Of a DNA stretch of 16,681 bases, positions 12,569 through 16,681 are shown one piece after another. Position numbers and translations under genes: made by a program. The stretch comes from a virus: positions 1-16,681 of the IMG/VR virus record IMGVR_UViG_3300045988_050197; one strand, given 5' to 3'. The stretch's first letter is position 1, and every line of letters starts with the position of its first letter. The notes below the pieces were generated by a model, which ran no database searches, was not told the DNA's origin, and saw only the letters and a program-made list of their open reading frames with translations.

Positions 12569-13459
12569 GTGGGACGAAGAAAACATGACATTTTTGACGA
12601 AAGTATGGTGTTGAATAACCTTACTTATCGGCAGTATTTAAACAGGTTAACAGAACTCGCTATATCCATGTTTGAATGGAAGAACCTGCCAGATACAGTT
12701 GATGAAAGATATTTGGAATTACATTTATTCGAAACGGGATGCATGGTTTACTTCCAAGACGATATATTAGGAGACTTGTGCTTAGACAACATTACCAATG
12801 GTAAGCTTAGTGTGTATGGTGATCCTTTATTAAGACGTGCTTACAGTGGTTACAACAATTATCAGAAGTTACTATCTTATAAAGATAGCGTCATTATCTG
12901 GAATAATTTATTGCATACTAACAGTATTCTTGACGTTAAAATGTTTGCAAGAAGATTATACAATATTGATAGAATTATTGATGTTAACGCAAACGCACAA
13001 AAAACACCAGTACTGTTACAAGGTAGTGAAAAACAAAGACTTACTCTTTTGAATTTATATAAAGAGTATGACGGAAATGCACCTTTTATTTTTGGCGACA
13101 ATAATCTTGATATTAACTCATTGAAAGCATTTAGCACTAATGCTCCATATGTGTGTGATAAACTGTACCAGTTAAAAACACAGATATGGAATGAAGCGTT
13201 AACTTATCTCGGAATCAGTAATATCAATATTCAAAAGAAAGAAAGATTGATTAGTGACGAGGTTACAAGAAATCAAGGTGGCACTATTGCTAGTAGATAT
13301 AGCAGGCTTGAAAGTAGACGTAAAGCTGTTAAGAAAATTAACAAAATGTTTGGAACTAACATTGAAGTTAATTATCGTGAAGATTTTCAGCAGGTTGGTA
13401 ACGATGATGTGACAGATAACGCAGGTAAAGCAACGACAGGCGGTGAAGAAAATGAGTAA
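12569..13459 (+). CDS. Head-tail connector / portal (phi29 gp10-like upper collar)
   Basis: GTG start 7 nt after AAGGTGG. FEWKNLPDT, NANAQKTPVLLQGSE, EYDGNAPFIFG, APYVCDKL and WNEALTYLGISNINIQKKERLISDEV parallel recalled gp10. The N-terminus is basic (MGRRKH). Confidence 0.93.
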   Translation: MGRRKHDIFDESMVLNNLTYRQYLNRLTELAISMFEWKNLPDTVDERYLELHLFETGCMVYFQDDILGDLCLDNITNGKLSVYGDPLLRRAYSGYNNYQKLLSYKDSVIIWNNLLHTNSILDVKMFARRLYNIDRIIDVNANAQKTPVLLQGSEKQRLTLLNLYKEYDGNAPFIFGDNNLDINSLKAFSTNAPYVCDKLYQLKTQIWNEALTYLGISNINIQKKERLISDEVTRNQGGTIASRYSRLESRRKAVKKINKMFGTNIEVNYREDFQQVGNDDVTDNAGKATTGGEENE

Positions 13460-14231
13460 ATACACGACAGAGGTTAGGTATATTTGTGAAACTGATAGCG
13501 GGTTAGATGAAAGTGTTGGATTTAACTCAGTAGATGATGTTATATCAAAATCATGGGACAAGATTTTTACCAGTAAAGTACCATTCTTTGATGAAGATTA
13601 TAGAAAAGTACTCTGTTGTAAAATCTTAAAGCACTATTATTTAAGAGAGATTTGCTGTGAAACTGTAGGAATCTGGAAACTTTGGGTTAACACCAAGTTG
13701 GAAGAAATCATGCCTTACTATAACCAGTTATACGAAAGTGCTAAATTAAAGTTTGATCCACTCCATGATGTTGACTTAACCAGAAAACGTAACAGATATG
13801 AAAACGAAAAAAGCACAGGCAATAGAAGCGGAAATATTATCATAGATGTAAACAAAACACAGACAACAAGTAGTGATAAAAATAGTAATGCAAACGGAGA
13901 AGAAAAGAACTTGTTCAGTGATACACCTCAAGGTGGGTTATATGGCGTTGATAACCAGACTTATCTAACAGACGCCAGAAAGATTAACACCACAAAAAGC
14001 GAAAATGAAAGTGTAAGCAGTAACGCTAACGAGAAAACTGGTGGTAGTTCTAAAGATAGCGAACAAAGTAGTGGTAATGTTGACACTACAGAAGATTATA
14101 TCGAAACTATTGTCGGCAAACAAAACTCAGAAAACTACAGCTCACTAATCATGAAATACCGTGAAACATTCTTGAATATTGACATGCAGGTTATTAAAGA
14201 ATTTGATGAGCTATTTTTTGGGTTGTGGTAA
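13452..14231 (+). CDS. Lower collar protein (phi29 gp11 position)
   Basis: It overlaps the connector stop (ATGAGTAA). VPFFDEDYRKVLCCKILKHYYLREICCETVG...MPYYNQLYES resembles my recollection of the lower-collar signature. An alternative GTG start lies at 13443. Confidence 0.7.
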   Translation: MSKYTTEVRYICETDSGLDESVGFNSVDDVISKSWDKIFTSKVPFFDEDYRKVLCCKILKHYYLREICCETVGIWKLWVNTKLEEIMPYYNQLYESAKLKFDPLHDVDLTRKRNRYENEKSTGNRSGNIIIDVNKTQTTSSDKNSNANGEEKNLFSDTPQGGLYGVDNQTYLTDARKINTTKSENESVSSNANEKTGGSSKDSEQSSGNVDTTEDYIETIVGKQNSENYSSLIMKYRETFLNIDMQVIKEFDELFFGLW

Positions 14232-14246
14232 AAGGAGGAATTTAAC

Positions 14247-16571
14247 ATGAATGAAGCTATAAAAACATTGCGATTTTATTGTCAAAAGGTACTACCATTA
14301 GTCTATGACGATAGTTTAAGTTACTACGAACTATTATGTAAAGTTTGTGACAAACTTAACGAAGTTATTACAGCACAAAATGGTATTCCAGATTACATCG
14401 AAAAGAAAATCAAAGAATACATTGAAAGCGGTGATATTAACGTCATTATTGCACAAATTTTAGCTAATTATAACCTTAACGTTAAATTTCCGCCTAGTGG
14501 ATTAAAACCTGCAAGTGGTGATGGAACAGCAGATGATACACAAGCTATTCAGGCTTGCGTTGATTATGCTTCACAGCATGAGGGTATGACTCTATTCTTC
14601 CCAAACGGCTCGTACTTAGTCAGTGAATTAACTTTACATGATACTTTATCAATGTATGGGCAGGATAGGTATAATACTAGGATAGTAATTAGAGGTGGAG
14701 TTAAAAAAGCTATCATTAGCGGTACATTAAGAAATCTCTCATTAACAGGGTTAGGGTTTGACGGTAATGGTGATATACAAGTGAACAACGTTGACATTAT
14801 TGATGTTAATTGCGATAGCTGTTCTATTAGTAATTGTTTCTTTACTGATGGTTATACATTAGTAAAATTAAATTCTAAAGTACAGTCTGACATTTCTAAT
14901 TGTTATTTTGAAAGTGCAGTTGTAGAATCAGCTAACTTAACTGGTACAGGTATTAGACTTACTAACTCTATGTTTAAGTCTATATCAGATGTTAAAGGAA
15001 AAACGTTCATAAATGTAGGGTGTGATAATTCTATCATTGACAACTGTATTCTCGATAAAGAAGTTAAAGATCCTTTGATTATTAGTGGTGAAAATAATGT
15101 TGTAAATGTAATGTATAATTACCCTTACAATAGTAAACAGGTTTACGGAAATAATAATGTAAAAATTTATCGCAAATACGAAGAAAGTAAAGCGGATAAG
15201 AAAATTTTTCATGGTAATGATTTTGTTGTAGATGCTAACTTAGTTTATTCGACACCTGCAACCGGTGGTAGTTTCTATGACACCGTTACAATGAAAACAG
15301 TTAATACAGATAACATGTATAATGTTATGGTGGAAAATAAAACAACAGGTACAATTCCAACTAGAATTTCAGAAGCTGAAAATGATATCAAAACTAATAG
15401 TGCTAATATTGCTACAAATTCAGATGAAATCACAAAAACAAATAAAGCTCTTAACGATTTTAAAAATGAAACAAACACCAATTTTACAAAGGTTAACAAT
15501 GATATAACAAATATCAACGGTGAAATTGAAGCTATTAAGGGAATTGAGGGAATACGTGCTAATCGTAAAATTATTATTGCTTGCGATAGTATTGGTATCG
15601 GGACAAATCCAGATGGGCATGTGACAGGATTCACTGAAATCATTAGGCAGAAAATGGGACTAACAACAGGTACTAATTTCTTCATATGTGGTGGAAATAA
15701 CTTTGGGTTTAATGTGCCAGAAACAGCATTTAGATGGATTGAAGCAATGAAAAAATTGACTACACCTGACGACAACTCTATTACGGATATTTATGTGTTT
15801 GGTGGCGATAACGATGCGCATGGTAGTTTTGATTACAATAACATAAACCCGCTATTAGCACAGATTGAGATATTTTGTGATTATTGTAAAGGCAGATTTC
15901 CTAACGCTCAAATATCAATTGGCATGATTGGGTGCAAAATGAACGCTAAACCATATATTATGAGCGGTGTAAAAGATGCTTATAGTAGATGTGGAAATTA
16001 CGGTGCAAGATTCATTGATAATTGCAATTTCATATTACACGACTTATCTCTATTTGGGAGTGACAATATTCACATCACACAAACAGGTCAAAACTTATTG
16101 GCTAGTTACTTACTTTCAGCTATAAACGGTGGTAATGTATCTGTAGTTAAAAAATATTATACCTTTGAATTTGAAGGAACGAATAAAATTACACCTTTTG
16201 GCGGTACAAAATACACAGGAACACAGTGGATGTATAACAATGTTAAACACTGGGGATTTGATGCTTTAAAGTTTAACATTAAAACACCTATAACGTTAGA
16301 TGTTTATGGCGGTGCTGATTTAGAAGCTTTTACATTTAATAAGGGCTATATTTGTGGTGATGATAGTTATAATTGTTGCCGATTTACAACAATGTGTTTT
16401 GGACATTTCACTGACGGTCAAAACAGAGCTATGAGCGTAAGGTTTAACGTTATTAACAGAAAAATAATATTATCATTTGTGTGCTTAGACGGTACTAATT
16501 ATCCAACAAGCAGTTTAGAGAATGTAGTTATACCAGCTTTTACCGCTGAACTGTCATCAGATATGTGTTAA
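14247..16571 (+). CDS. Tail appendage / receptor-binding protein: N-terminal anchor, pectate-lyase-like beta-helix, coiled coil, SGNH/GDSL esterase, Cys-rich C-terminal domain
   Basis: RBS AAGGAGG precedes the ATG. LVYDDSLSYYELLCKV resembles an N-terminal appendage motif. GDGTADDTQAIQACVDYA...LFFPNGSYLV is a Pectate_lyase_3-type start. A heptad-like N/T/K-rich segment covers aa ~370-435. SGNH blocks are present in order: ACDSIG (Ser448), GGDNDA (520-525) and DNIH (606-609). Confidence 0.85.
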   Translation: MNEAIKTLRFYCQKVLPLVYDDSLSYYELLCKVCDKLNEVITAQNGIPDYIEKKIKEYIESGDINVIIAQILANYNLNVKFPPSGLKPASGDGTADDTQAIQACVDYASQHEGMTLFFPNGSYLVSELTLHDTLSMYGQDRYNTRIVIRGGVKKAIISGTLRNLSLTGLGFDGNGDIQVNNVDIIDVNCDSCSISNCFFTDGYTLVKLNSKVQSDISNCYFESAVVESANLTGTGIRLTNSMFKSISDVKGKTFINVGCDNSIIDNCILDKEVKDPLIISGENNVVNVMYNYPYNSKQVYGNNNVKIYRKYEESKADKKIFHGNDFVVDANLVYSTPATGGSFYDTVTMKTVNTDNMYNVMVENKTTGTIPTRISEAENDIKTNSANIATNSDEITKTNKALNDFKNETNTNFTKVNNDITNINGEIEAIKGIEGIRANRKIIIACDSIGIGTNPDGHVTGFTEIIRQKMGLTTGTNFFICGGNNFGFNVPETAFRWIEAMKKLTTPDDNSITDIYVFGGDNDAHGSFDYNNINPLLAQIEIFCDYCKGRFPNAQISIGMIGCKMNAKPYIMSGVKDAYSRCGNYGARFIDNCNFILHDLSLFGSDNIHITQTGQNLLASYLLSAINGGNVSVVKKYYTFEFEGTNKITPFGGTKYTGTQWMYNNVKHWGFDALKFNIKTPITLDVYGGADLEAFTFNKGYICGDDSYNCCRFTTMCFGHFTDGQNRAMSVRFNVINRKIILSFVCLDGTNYPTSSLENVVIPAFTAELSSDMC

Positions 16572-16580
16572 TTTTTGAAT

Positions 16581-16612
16581 GAGGGTTATACAATGTATAG
16601 CCCTCTATTTTT
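16581..16612 (+). terminator. Late-operon intrinsic terminator
   Basis: 10-bp stem 16581-16590/16596-16605 (one G.U), 5-nt loop, then TATTTTT (16606-16612). It starts 10 nt after the appendage stop. Confidence 0.8.
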
Positions 16613-16661
16613 GATTAGTTCGAGGTAATAGGATTGCAAAAGGTGTGTACTAATGAAAATA

Positions 16662-16681
16662 GGGTTTGAACTTTAATGGGG
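16662..16681. repeat. Right inverted terminal repeat
   Basis: GGGTTTGAACTTTAATGGGG is the exact reverse complement of 1-20. Confidence 0.93.

Noticed and set aside
15275-15775. 166-aa hydrophobic minus-strand ORF inside the appendage gene (it could be mistaken for a membrane protein)
   Set aside because: It is antisense to the coiled-coil and SGNH region, whose plus-strand reading has ordered catalytic motifs. The hydrophobicity is the expected mirror of an N/T/K-rich sense frame. There is no RBS.
1-16681. Searched by eye for lysogeny or mobile-element functions, CRISPR arrays, reverse transcriptase/DGR, toxin-antitoxin pairs or known defence cassettes
   Set aside because: I saw no integrase, recombinase, repressor or RT motifs, and no regularly spaced direct repeats. 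Nearly all coding capacity is accounted for by phi29-type replication, morphogenesis and lysis genes plus six small early orphans. The orphans' roles (for example anti-defence) cannot be judged from sequence alone.

Overview
The window appears to be a complete 16,681-bp linear genome of a phi29-like, protein-primed podovirus from a low-GC Gram-positive host. It is bounded by perfect 20-bp inverted terminal repeats that begin 5'-CCCC. Layout: (i) a rightward early/replication operon (1-5800). It is driven by consensus extended -10 sigma-A promoters at 57, 147 and 1939. It encodes small orphan proteins, two paralogous phi29 p6-like DNA-binding proteins, a p5-like SSB, the terminal protein, a family-B protein-primed DNA polymerase and an untracked zinc-ribbon ORF. 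(ii) A single leftward gene for the gp16-like packaging ATPase (5919-6953), convergent on a bidirectional terminator. (iii) A rightward late operon (7053-16571): holin, endolysin, tail lysin, scaffold, major capsid, tail knob, connector, lower collar and a multidomain appendage. No integrase, repressor, CRISPR array or recognisable defence cassette was seen. The least explained content is non-coding. A family of three tRNA-derived structured elements sits upstream of early genes. One is a full cloverleaf with an aberrant 24-nt anticodon loop (2059-2150). Two are D-armless mini-versions (957-1000, 1572-1614) that differ by compensatory substitutions. The cloverleaf lies in a promoter-driven ~200-nt leader that is also a packaging-RNA candidate. 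All homology calls rest on motifs recognised by eye and recalled phi29 sequences, not on database searches.
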